Shown here piece after piece: positions 10,611-19,390 of a DNA stretch of 64,000 nt. The notes beneath the pieces were generated by a model. That model was not told where the DNA came from. It searched no databases and saw only the letters and a program-made list of their open reading frames with translations. Numbering within the stretch: the stretch's first letter is position 1; every line of letters starts with the position of its first letter. Source of the stretch: an uncultured Gemmatimonadales bacterium. Its GTDB lineage: Bacteria > Gemmatimonadota > Gemmatimonadetes > Longimicrobiales > RSA9. A program made the translations under genes and the position numbers. The stretch is from the NCBI GenBank assembly GCA_963708135.1, contig OY970192.1, positions 2,848,001-2,912,000 of the forward strand, written 5' to 3'.

Positions 10611-10636
10611 CGGCGGGTGGGACCCCCCACCCGCCG
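10611..10636. terminator. GC hairpin between convergent genes (possible terminator)
   Basis: CGGCGGGTGGG-accc-CCCACCCGCCG, perfect 11-bp stem; no clear U-tract. Confidence 0.45.
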
Positions 10637-10662
10637 TCTCGCTCACCCGTGTCTGCCCGCGT

Positions 10663-10878
10663 TCAGTCGGGCTTCGCCCTCTCCGCTTCTTCCTTCTGCT
10701 CTTCGCTACGCTCCTCGCCGAGATCGAGATTGGTCCCTTCGCGCTCCTGGCCCTCCTCCACGGCCTCCCGGTCGGTCTCGAAGGGATGGCCGATGTAGTC
10801 CTTGTCGCCCGGCTTCGGGGCCTTGCCGCGGCGGTTGCGGTCGCTCTTCGTGCGCTCGTCGTGCTTGTGGTGCGTCAT
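10663..10878 (-). CDS. Small highly charged hypothetical protein
   Basis: 71 aa, AGAGGAGG RBS, GC3-rich codon usage. Confidence 0.65.
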   Translation of the reverse strand: MTHHKHDERTKSDRNRRGKAPKPGDKDYIGHPFETDREAVEEGQEREGTNLDLGEERSEEQKEEAERAKPD

Positions 10879-10966
10879 TGCGCCTCCTCTGTCCGCCCTG
10901 CGCTGGCGGTGCCGCTGGGATACTCGGCGCGGGCGGCCGTGCCCGCGCCGGAACGGGCCGGCGTGG

Positions 10967-11476
10967 TCAGCCGACGCCGTTCGTGATCAGGTCCGTCGCC
11001 TCGAGCAGCGTCTCGGCCGTGAGGCCGTACGCCAGGTGCCCCGCCAGTCCACGCGCGTGCGTCTGCCACGGGAACGCCGTGGGCCCGGGCGTGAGCCCGA
11101 GCGCGGGCGGCAGCAGCTCGTCGAAGACGAGGAAGAAGCCCAGCCCGAAGCCGAGCCCCATGGCCGCGTCGATGCCCGGCACGCGGTGGCGCAGAATCCC
11201 GTAGGCCGCGCCGCCCGCCGCGCCCAGCGACCAGTGGACCGCCATGCCGGCCGACTCCCGCGTCTTGTGGTCGAGCCGCTTGCCCACCAGCCCCGCTGCC
11301 TTCTGCGCCGCCGACGCATACGCCGTCTGCCCGCCTCGCGCGGCCTCCTCGTCGTGCCGCGCCACGCGATTCTCGTGCTCGTACAGGTACGTCGTCACCT
11401 TGCCCATCAGCCACGTCGCAGCGGCGCCCGCGAGCGCGCCCTTCGCCGCATCGAGCAGGATCGAATCCGACTCCAT
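10967..11476 (-). CDS. DUF1440-like membrane protein
   Basis: KGALAGAAATWLM..VHWSLG..YG..DELLPPALGL..P.AFPWQTHARGLAGHLAYG; GGAGGGG RBS. Confidence 0.72.
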   Translation of the reverse strand: MESDSILLDAAKGALAGAAATWLMGKVTTYLYEHENRVARHDEEAARGGQTAYASAAQKAAGLVGKRLDHKTRESAGMAVHWSLGAAGGAAYGILRHRVPGIDAAMGLGFGLGFFLVFDELLPPALGLTPGPTAFPWQTHARGLAGHLAYGLTAETLLEATDLITNGVG

Positions 11477-11757
11477 TGCTCCCCTCCGGTTGCATGCGTT
11501 GCGCGACGCTGAGCGTGCAGGAAACGTTCCCCGGGTGTGGGGGGCAAGCGCCAGAGTGGGAGAGCGGGGGATGCGGCCGGCGACGAGGCGCACCGCAGGT
11601 TGCCCGGCGCGGCGCCGCGCGCGGCGCACGCCGGCGCCGCTGCGCCCCTGCACCCCCGGCGTGCCGGTGCGCCCTCGCCGGCCGGTGCACCCCTGGCGCG
11701 CTCAGGCCGCAGAGAACACACCTCGCCGCCCCACGCCGCGCGCGTTAGCTTGGCGCG

Positions 11758-13119
11758 ATGCCGATGCCAGACCCTCGCACCCGACTCGCCGGCCGGGCCA
11801 CGCGCCCGACCTATGGCGCGCGTGGCGCGCGCCCGCCGGGCACGCGTACCACGCGGGCCACGCGGCTGACGGGGGTGCGCGAGTACCGGGCGGAGGCGAA
11901 GCGTCGCCTGAAACCGTTCCGGCAGGGCTCCGCGCTGGCGGTGGCGGCGACGGCGATGGCGCTGCTCCTCTGGGGCGGCCCGGCGGCGTCGGGCGCGGCG
12001 CCGCCGGGCGGGCTGGTGGTGCCGGGGGCGGCCGCGCAGGACAGCGCGGCGCGGGATACGGCCGCGGGCGCCGCCAGCCGGACGGGCGGGGCGCAGCAGC
12101 CGGCGGCGGGGACGACATCGGCGGGCAGCATCGCGGACACGGCCGCGTCGCAGGCGGGGCGCTCCGTCGCGGAGGCGACGCACACGATCCGCGACCTGGC
12201 GGTCGGCTTCTTCGGCCTGCTGCCGAAGGTGGCCATCGCGCTGGTGGTGCTGGTGCTCGCCGCCCTGCTCGCGCGGGTGGCGCGCCCGCTGCTGCGCGCC
12301 CTGCTCGGCAGCTGGCAGCGGGCGGAGGCCTTCAGCGCGCTGGCGGTGATCGGCATCTGGCTGCTGGCGCTCGGCACCGCGCTCAGCGTCATCGCCGGCG
12401 ACGCGCGGGCCCTGCTCGGCTCGGTCGGGCTGTTCGGGCTCGCGCTCTCCTGGGCGCTCCAGGCGCCGATCGAGAGCTTCACCGGGTGGCTGCTGAACTC
12501 GTTCCGCGGCCATTTCCGGGTGGGCGACCGGATCGCGGTGGGCGACGTCTTCGGCGATGTCTACCGCATCGACTTCCTGACCACCACGGTCTGGGAGGCG
12601 GGCGGCCCCGACAAGCCGGTCCAGGGCGCGCAGCCGACGGGCGCGCTCGTCACCTTCCCGAACTCCGAGGTGCTGCGCTCCAACGTCGTCAACTACACGC
12701 GCGACTTCCCCTACGTCTGGGACGAGGTGACGATCGGCGTGGCCAACGAGAGCGACCTCGGCTACGCCATGCGTGTCATCGCCGGAGTGGCGAGCCGCGT
12801 CGTCGGCGAGACCATGCGCGAGCCGGCCGCCCGCTACGCGGCCCTGCTCGCCGAGCGCGGCCTCGGCTACGAGGTGGCCACCGACCCGCAGGTCTACCTC
12901 TCCATGACCGACTCGTGGGCCAACCTCACCGTCCGCTACCTCGTCTCGGCGCGCGCCCGCCGCGCCACCTCGACCCAGCTGCTCCTCGCCCTCGCCGAGG
13001 AGACCGCGAAGGAGGAGCACCACGGCCGCATCGTCGGCTCCTACCCCGTGCGCCGCGTCCTCCTGCACGAGCCAGGCGACGGCGCCGCCGAAAGCTCGCC
13101 GGCGCCCGCCGGGTCCTGA
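11758..13119 (+). CDS. Second MscS family mechanosensitive channel with N-terminal extension
   Basis: SVGLFGLALSWALQAPIESF..FRVGDRIAVGDVFGDV..FPNSEVL..NYTRDFPYVWDE. Start uncertain (11758, 11875 or 11956). Confidence 0.85.
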   Translation: MPMPDPRTRLAGRATRPTYGARGARPPGTRTTRATRLTGVREYRAEAKRRLKPFRQGSALAVAATAMALLLWGGPAASGAAPPGGLVVPGAAAQDSAARDTAAGAASRTGGAQQPAAGTTSAGSIADTAASQAGRSVAEATHTIRDLAVGFFGLLPKVAIALVVLVLAALLARVARPLLRALLGSWQRAEAFSALAVIGIWLLALGTALSVIAGDARALLGSVGLFGLALSWALQAPIESFTGWLLNSFRGHFRVGDRIAVGDVFGDVYRIDFLTTTVWEAGGPDKPVQGAQPTGALVTFPNSEVLRSNVVNYTRDFPYVWDEVTIGVANESDLGYAMRVIAGVASRVVGETMREPAARYAALLAERGLGYEVATDPQVYLSMTDSWANLTVRYLVSARARRATSTQLLLALAEETAKEEHHGRIVGSYPVRRVLLHEPGDGAAESSPAPAGS

Positions 13120-13240
13120 GCGCCGAGCCGCCCGCGCACCCCGCCGCGTGCTGAGCGCCGAGCCGCCCGCGCATCCCGCCCGGTCCTGAGCGCCGAGCCG
13201 CCCGCGCACCCCGCCGCGTGCTGAGCGCCGAGCCGCCCGC
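13116..13240. repeat. 35-bp tandem repeat, about 3.6 copies
   Basis: CTGAGCGCCGAGCCGCCCGCGCA(C/T)CCCGCC(GCGTG/CGGTC) starting at 13116, 13151, 13186, 13221. Confidence 0.95.
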
Positions 13241-13383
13241 CACCGGCACGGCGCCGCCGGCCACCAGCATGGCGCCGCCGGCAACGCCGGCTCCGGCACC
13301 CGGGCTCCCCCGTTTGCAGCGCGCCGCGCGGGCCGCTATTCGTTCAGGTCCGGCAGACGGCCGGCACCGACAAGGAGGCCCAC

Positions 13384-13728
13384 ATGACGACCCAGCTCGC
13401 GGCGGCAGTGTGCGAGGCGTGTCGCGCGGATTCCCCACGCGTCACCGAAGAGGAGAAGGCGGAGCTGCTGAAGCAGATCCCGGCCTGGCAGGTGGTCGAG
13501 CGCGACGGGATCGAACGCCTGGAGCGGGCCTTCGCCTTCGAGGACTTCGCGCAGGCGCTCGCCTTCACCGAGCAGGTCGGCGGCATCGCCGAGGAGGCCG
13601 GCCACCACCCCGCGCTCCTCACCGAATGGGGCCGCGTGACCGTCACGTGGTGGACCCACAAGATCCGCGGCCTGCACCGGAACGACTTCATCATGGCCGC
13701 CCGGACCGATGGGCTGCTGAAGGGGTGA
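13384..13728 (+). CDS. phhB: Pterin-4-alpha-carbinolamine dehydratase
   Basis: CEAC N-terminus; [58 protein letters not shown]. Confidence 0.95.
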   Translation: MTTQLAAAVCEACRADSPRVTEEEKAELLKQIPAWQVVERDGIERLERAFAFEDFAQALAFTEQVGGIAEEAGHHPALLTEWGRVTVTWWTHKIRGLHRNDFIMAARTDGLLKG

Positions 13729-13841
13729 CCCGCGAAACTCGGGTGGGGGCGGGCGGTTGAAGCGGGAGAGGCCGGGGGGGGTGAAGCGGGTGGGGGCGGG
13801 GCAGCGGGAGAGGCCGCCCGGGCCGATACCTCGGCGGCCGC

Positions 13842-14210
13842 GCGCGGTGTCGCCTCGGGATGCGCGCGCGGCGTCGCCTCGGGGCGCGCGCGGTGTCGCC
13901 TGGGGATGAATGCGCGGTGTCGCCTGGGGATGCGCGCGCGGCGTCGCCTCGGGATGAATGCGCGGTGTCGCCTCGGGGTGCGCGCGCGGTGTCGCCTGGG
14001 GGCGCGCGCGGTGTCGCCTCCGGGATGAATGCGCGGTGTCGCCTGGGGGTGCGCGCGCGGTGTCGCCTCGCCGGCGCGCGCGGTGTCGCCTCGGGGTGCG
14101 CGCGCGGTGTCGCCTCCGGGATGAATGCGCGGTGTCGCCTCGCCGGCGCGCGCGGTGTCGCCTCGGGATGAATGCGCGGTGTCGCCTCGCCGGCGCGCGC
14201 GGTGTCGCCT
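13842..14210. repeat. Array of 16 copies of the 14-bp core GCGCGG(T/C)GTCGCCT with 8-11 bp linkers
   Basis: Counted directly; period 22-25 bp; the linkers recur. Confidence 0.95.
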
Positions 14211-14412
14211 GGGGGTGCATGACCCGCCGCTCAGCACCCTCCGGCGCACGAGGGGGCGGTCGTGCACCCCATACCGGCCCGACTCGCCGCTCGTTCTCTC
14301 CGATTTCATCGAGGGGCGGGTTGGGACGGCCCTGCCTGCACGATCCCACTTTCGATTCCGGACCACCGGCGAGGGGCGGGTTCTGCAGAGTCGCCGATCG
14401 CGGCGCCCCCAC

Positions 14413-14513
14413 CCGTGCTTCCGCCGTGCTTCCGCCGTGCTTCCGCCGTGCTTCCCCCGTGCTTCCCGTGCGGTTCCCCCGCGCTTCCCGTGCGGTTCCC
14501 CCGCGCTTCCCCC
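14413..14513. repeat. Degenerate ~11-bp tandem repeat CCGTGCTTCCG
   Basis: ccgtgcttccg x3, then variants ccgtgcttccc, ccgtgcggttccc, ccgcgcttccc. Confidence 0.85.
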
Positions 14514-14541
14514 ACCCATACCGCCGCCCGCGGTTTCTACG

Positions 14542-14946
14542 TCAGCCCTCAGGGTCTTCCACCCGCTCGAGCGCGGCGGAGTTCAGGCAGTAGCGGAGGC
14601 CGGTCGGCGCGGGCCCGTCGGGGAAGACGTGGCCGAGGTGGGCGTCGCACGCCGCGCACAGCACCTCGGTCCGCTCCATCCCCAGGCTGGGGTCGCGCTC
14701 CGTGCGCACGGCGTCCTCCTCGACGGGCGCGCTGAAGCTCGGCCAGCCGGTGCCGGAGTCGTACTTCGTCTCCGCATCGAAGAGCGGCGCGCCGCAGCAC
14801 ACACAGGTGTAGACTCCCGGGTCCTTGCTGTCGTAGTACTCCCCGGTGAACGGGCGCTCGGTTCCCTTCAGGCGGGTGACGCGGTACTGCTCCGGCGTGA
14901 GCCGCTCCTTCCACTCGGCGTCCGAGCGGACGACCTTTTCCGTCAT
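14542..14946 (-). CDS. msrB: Peptide-methionine (R)-S-oxide reductase
   Basis: [62 protein letters not shown]. Confidence 0.97.
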   Translation of the reverse strand: MTEKVVRSDAEWKERLTPEQYRVTRLKGTERPFTGEYYDSKDPGVYTCVCCGAPLFDAETKYDSGTGWPSFSAPVEEDAVRTERDPSLGMERTEVLCAACDAHLGHVFPDGPAPTGLRYCLNSAALERVEDPEG

Positions 14947-15278
14947 GTGCCCCCGGAGTTGGAGGTGAGCCGCTCGCCGACCGCGGCGAAGCCGGCAATA
15001 CACAGAACGATCCCCGACAGGAGTGTGTTCCAGAAGGACCAGGGCCGGTCGATGAGGGCCGGCATGAAGGGGGCCGCGATGAGCCACGCGCCCGCCAGCG
15101 CCGCCACCCAGCCCTGCCACGCGGCGCGCGGCCCGCGTGCCGCCAGCGCGATGCCCGCCACCAGCGCGACACCGCCGACCGCCCAATCCACGACCGCGTT
15201 CGCCACCGGCACGAGCACCAGGAACGGCTCCACCAGCAGCCACGCGCCCAGCACGCCGATCACCCAGCCGTACGCCAC
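14943..15278 (-). CDS. SPW-repeat membrane protein
   Basis: Four-TM pattern [36 protein letters not shown]; paralogous to the upstream gene; stop overlaps the msrB start. Confidence 0.7.
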   Translation of the reverse strand: MAYGWVIGVLGAWLLVEPFLVLVPVANAVVDWAVGGVALVAGIALAARGPRAAWQGWVAALAGAWLIAAPFMPALIDRPWSFWNTLLSGIVLCIAGFAAVGERLTSNSGGT

Positions 15279-15371
15279 CGTCCGCCCCTTCCGCCATCCG
15301 CAATGAACAGGGCCCGGGCCGGCTGCGTGAGCCGGTCCCGGGCCGCTCGTTCCTGCAATCGGCGGACCGCC

Positions 15372-15695
15372 TCAGACGGTCGTCTCGACCGGACGCCGGC
15401 CGCCGACAGCCGCGAACCCGGTGACGATGAAGACGATTCCGACCAGGATGTCGTTCCACCACAGACCCGCGCCGAAGCGCAGCCCCGGGATGAAGCCGGC
15501 GATGAACAGCCACACGCCGACGATCCCCGCGATCCAGCCCTGCCACGGCCGCCTCGCCGTCATGGCGAAGCCGATGATCGCGACGACGACGCCGACGACC
15601 CAGGCGTTCCAGGCGTTGCCTATGGTCGTGAATCCGAGGAACGGGACGATCACCATCCAGATTCCGAGGATTCCAGTCAGCCAGGCGTTCCACAT
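15372..15695 (-). CDS. SPW-repeat membrane protein
   Basis: [51 protein letters not shown]. Confidence 0.8.
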   Translation of the reverse strand: MWNAWLTGILGIWMVIVPFLGFTTIGNAWNAWVVGVVVAIIGFAMTARRPWQGWIAGIVGVWLFIAGFIPGLRFGAGLWWNDILVGIVFIVTGFAAVGGRRPVETTV

Positions 15696-15748
15696 CGTTG
15701 CACCTCCGTTTCTTCGAGTCGGGGGTCATCGACCCCGCTCATGGAACG

Positions 15749-15765
15749 TGCAACGCGCGTACCAG
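15749..15765 (-). promoter_or_regulatory. Putative sigma54 promoter of SPW-SPW-msrB
   Basis: CTGGTACGCGCGTTGCA, a close match to YTGGCACG-N4-TTGCW, about 55 nt upstream of the ATG. Confidence 0.65.
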
Positions 15766-15778
15766 CGTTCCCGCCCGC

Positions 15779-17602
15779 TCAGGCCGGCTCGAGCACCGCC
15801 AGCAGCTCGGCTCGATCCAGCGTGCCTCGCGCGAGCAGCGCCTCCGCCAGATCGTCCAGCACGCCGCGTCTGGCCTCCAGCACAGCGCAGGCCCGGTCGA
15901 ACGCGCCGCCGAGCAGCGTCTCCACCTCCGCCTCGATCCGCGCCGTGGACTGCTCGCTCCAGCCGCCCTCCTGCCCCCCGCTCCCGGGCGCCGGCTGCTG
16001 CCGCAGGAACGCCACCGGCCCGACGGCCGCCGACATCCCGAACTCGCAGACCATCCGGCGCGCCAGCGCCGTGGCCCGCTCGAGGTCGTTGCTCGCGCCC
16101 GTGGAGAGCTGGCGGAAGACGATGTGCTCCGCCGCGCGCCCGCCCAGGAGCACCGCCAGCCGGTCGAGCAGCTCCTCCTCCTGGAACAGGTGCCGGTCCT
16201 CCGGCGTCTGCTGCGTGTAGCCGAGCGCCGCCAGCCCGCGCGGCACGATCGAGACCTTGCGCACGGGCTCCGCCGTGGGCGCCTCCTCCGCCACGATCGC
16301 GTGTCCCGCCTCGTGGTAGGCGACGATGCGCCGCTCCTTCTCGTTCACCCGCTTCGTCTTCTTCTCCAGCCCGGCCACCACGCGGTCGATCGCGGCGTCC
16401 AGCTCCGGCATGCCGACCGCCAGCTTCTCCCCTCGCGCCGCCAGCAGCGCCGCCTCGTTCAGCACGTTCTCCAGGTCCGCGCCCACGAAGCCCGGCGTCC
16501 GCTGCGCCACCTCCGAGAGGTCCACATCCTCGCCCAGCTTCACCTTGCGCGCGTGCACCCGCAGGATCGCCTCCCGGCCCGGGCCGTCCGGCCGGTCCAC
16601 CAGCACCTGCCGGTCGAAGCGGCCCGCCCGCAGGAGCGCCGGATCCAGGATCTCCGCCCGGTTCGTCGCCCCCATGACGATCAGGCCGTCGCGCGAGTCG
16701 AAGCCGTCCAGCTCCACCAGCAGCTGGTTCAGCGTGTGCTCCCGCTCGTCGTTGCCCCCCATCCCGCCGGCCGGGCCCCGCGTCTTGCCGATCGCGTCCA
16801 GCTCGTCGATGAACACGATCGCCGGCGCCCGCCCCTTCGCCTGCTCGAACAGCTTGCGCACCCGCGACGCGCCCACGCCCACGAACACTTCGATGAACTC
16901 CGCGCCCGACAGCGAGAAGAACGGCACCCCCGCCTCCCCCGCGACCGCCCGGGCCAGCAGCGTCTTGCCCGTCCCTGGCGGACCGACGAGCAGCACCCCC
17001 TTCGGCACCCGCGCGCCCAGCGCCTCGAAGCGGTCCGGCTCGCGCAGGAACTTCACCACCTCCTCGAGCTCCTCCTTGGCCTCGTCCACCCCCGCCACAT
17101 CCTCGAAGCCGGTGGACGACTGCACGCGCGAGTCGCGCACCTTCACGCGCCCCACGCCGGACATGCCGGGCGCGGGATTGAGCTTCTGGAAGCGCAGGAT
17201 GACGAGCAGCAGGATCGCGCCGAGCAGGAGGATCCCGACGACCACGGGCAGCTCCGGGCGGCCGCCGTCCAGCCCGCGGTAGGTCACGCGGTGGGCCTCC
17301 ATGAGCGGCACCAGCGCCGCGTCACCCGGCACGGGCAGCGAGGACCAGAGCGCCGGCGCGCCGGCCTGCCGGGCCGCGGCGGTCGGCACCGCCTCGATGC
17401 GCTCCGGCGAGAGCCGCATCTCCGCCACGTCGCCCGCGGCGATGCGCTCCTTCAGCACGCTGTAGGCGATGTCGGTGGGATGCGTCCGGTGGCAGGCGGC
17501 CAGCGCCGGCAGCACGGCCAGCGCCAGCAGCAGGAGAACCCGGGCGGGGCGGAAGCTGTCGCGAACGCGGCCGGGGCGCCCGGGGCGGGCTGTCATCATC
17601 AT
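15779..17602 (-). CDS. ftsH: ATP-dependent zinc metalloprotease FtsH (compact paralog)
   Basis: FEDVAGVDEAKEEL, Walker A GPPGTGKT, Walker B VFIDELDAIG, ATNR..LDPALLRAGRFDR, HEAGH, TGASNDL. Confidence 0.95.
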   Translation of the reverse strand: MMMTARPGRPGRVRDSFRPARVLLLLALAVLPALAACHRTHPTDIAYSVLKERIAAGDVAEMRLSPERIEAVPTAAARQAGAPALWSSLPVPGDAALVPLMEAHRVTYRGLDGGRPELPVVVGILLLGAILLLVILRFQKLNPAPGMSGVGRVKVRDSRVQSSTGFEDVAGVDEAKEELEEVVKFLREPDRFEALGARVPKGVLLVGPPGTGKTLLARAVAGEAGVPFFSLSGAEFIEVFVGVGASRVRKLFEQAKGRAPAIVFIDELDAIGKTRGPAGGMGGNDEREHTLNQLLVELDGFDSRDGLIVMGATNRAEILDPALLRAGRFDRQVLVDRPDGPGREAILRVHARKVKLGEDVDLSEVAQRTPGFVGADLENVLNEAALLAARGEKLAVGMPELDAAIDRVVAGLEKKTKRVNEKERRIVAYHEAGHAIVAEEAPTAEPVRKVSIVPRGLAALGYTQQTPEDRHLFQEEELLDRLAVLLGGRAAEHIVFRQLSTGASNDLERATALARRMVCEFGMSAAVGPVAFLRQQPAPGSGGQEGGWSEQSTARIEAEVETLLGGAFDRACAVLEARRGVLDDLAEALLARGTLDRAELLAVLEPA

Positions 17603-17677
17603 CGATCGTCCATCGCTGGGGACTGCTCGGCTTGGATCGGCTGATACGCCTCGAAACGCCGGCGGTTCCAGAACGGC

Positions 17678-17750
<73 letters not shown>

Positions 17751-18310
17751 CCTGAAAGGACCCGCCGGATTCGGATTCCGGCGCTGCGCGCCTGGATTCG
17801 GATTCGGATTCGTCGAAACCGCGGGTGAGGCGGACCAAACATCCAGATCGTCGAGGCGGCGGAGCCCCGCGCGCAGAAATGGCGCCCATACAGCCCAAAG
17901 TCCCACCGCGCCGATGGTGCCGCGCGACGCGCCGGGAGTTTGGTCCGCCGAGCACCCCGAAATGCGCGCGGCCTCTGGACATCGCGACGAATGTGCAGAA
18001 ACGTCCGCCCCGAGCCCCGAGCCCCGAGCTCCTGAAAGGACCCGCCGGATTCGGATTCCGGCGCTGCGCGCCTGGATTCGGATTCGGATTCGTTGAAACC
18101 GCGGGTGAGGCGGACCAAACATCCAGATCGTCGAGGCGGCGGAGCCCCGCGCGCAGAAATGGCGCCTATACAGCCCAAAGTCCCAGCGCGCCGCTGGTGC
18201 CGCGCGACGCGCCGGGAGTTTGGTCCGCCGAGCACCCCGAAATGCGCGCGGCCTCTGGACATCGCGCCGAATGTGCAGAAACGTCCGCCCCGAGCCCCGA
18301 GCCAAGAGCC
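17751..18310. repeat. Tandem duplication of a 280-bp non-coding, inverted-repeat-rich element
   Basis: Copies start at 17751 and 18031 (CCTGAAAGGACCCGCCGG...). They differ at 5 positions in the unique part and are bounded by CCCCGAG runs. Confidence 0.95.
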
Positions 18311-18343
18311 CCGAGCCCCGAGCCCCGAGCCCGCATCCCGCAG

Positions 18344-19387
18344 TCAGTATCCCTGTCCCTCCAGCTTGGCCTTGCCCCTGAAATGCGCGTACACGTACAC
18401 GAAGTAGCCCACGGCGATGATCATCCCGGGGACCCACCAGATGAGGCCGATCCGGAGCCCGGCGGCCGGGGCGGCGACGGAGTGGATCGTGAGCCCGTAG
18501 ACGGGGTCGGTGTTGGCCGGCAGCACGTACGGGTAGAGGCCGAAGGCCACGCTGGCGAGCATGCCGACGAGGTAGGCGGCGGAGGAGAGGAACGCCAGCC
18601 TCGGGAGCTCGCGGGCGACGCCCCAGCCCACGCCGCCGAGGCCCGCGAGGGCGAGCGCGGCCAGGATGAAGCCGGCGGGCGCTGCGTCCAGGTGCTGCGG
18701 CACGATCGGCTGCACGGCCCAGGTCACGGCGGTGACGACGCCGACGGCCAGGAAGCCGAGGGGCCAGAGGATGCGCGCGGCGCGGTGGGCGCGGGCGGCC
18801 ACGTCGCCTTCGGTCTTGAGCCAGACCCAGAGCGCGCCGTGGAGGGCGAGGGAGAGGAGCGAGGCCAGGCCGATGATGAGCGTGTACCAGTCGAGGATTC
18901 CGGTGCGCTCGCCCACGCGGAAGTGGGTCCAGAGCGGCTCGAAGAACCAGCCGTCGGCGTCGAGCGGCACGCCGCGCACGACGTTGCCGAGCGCGACGCC
19001 GAGGAAGAGCGCGAGCAGCCCGCTCGCGAAGGTGAAGACGACGTCCCAGAACGGCGCCCACACGGGCGCGCGCAGGTGGCTGCGGAACTCGATCGAGATG
19101 CCGCGCAGCACGAGCAGCCAGAGCACCATCATGAGCGGCAGGTAGAAGCCGCTGAAGCTCGAGGCGTAGAGCCCCGGGAACGCGAAGTACAGCGTCCCGC
19201 CCGCGGCGAGCAGCCACACCTCGTTGCCGTCCCAGACCGGGCCGATGGTCCGGAGCACGAGGCGCCGCTCGGCGTCGGTGCGGGCGAGCAGCAGGTGCAG
19301 CGTGCCGGCGCCGAGGTCGAAGCCGTCGAACACCACGTAGCCGCAGATCATGATGGCCACGAGCCAGAACCACAGGGTCTCGAGCAT
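18344..19387 (-). CDS. cydB: Cytochrome bd ubiquinol oxidase subunit II
   Basis: YVVFDGFDLGAG, IGPVWDGNEVWL, LRGISIEFR. Confidence 0.96.
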   Translation of the reverse strand: MLETLWFWLVAIMICGYVVFDGFDLGAGTLHLLLARTDAERRLVLRTIGPVWDGNEVWLLAAGGTLYFAFPGLYASSFSGFYLPLMMVLWLLVLRGISIEFRSHLRAPVWAPFWDVVFTFASGLLALFLGVALGNVVRGVPLDADGWFFEPLWTHFRVGERTGILDWYTLIIGLASLLSLALHGALWVWLKTEGDVAARAHRAARILWPLGFLAVGVVTAVTWAVQPIVPQHLDAAPAGFILAALALAGLGGVGWGVARELPRLAFLSSAAYLVGMLASVAFGLYPYVLPANTDPVYGLTIHSVAAPAAGLRIGLIWWVPGMIIAVGYFVYVYAHFRGKAKLEGQGY

Positions 19388-19390
19388 GGC

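Noticed and set aside
13301..13318. Sigma54 promoter for phhB (CGGGCTCCCCCGTTTGCA)
   Set aside because: GG-to-GC spacing is 11, not 10; it fits only if the C run is over-called.
13842..14210. CRISPR array
   Set aside because: The repeat is only 14 bp, the linkers are 8-11 bp and reused, and there is no leader or cas gene.
13336..14593. ORFs over the repeat array (EATPR/GDTAR repeat peptides)
   Set aside because: Open in several frames on both strands only because the repeats lack stop codons; the unit length is not a constant multiple of 3.
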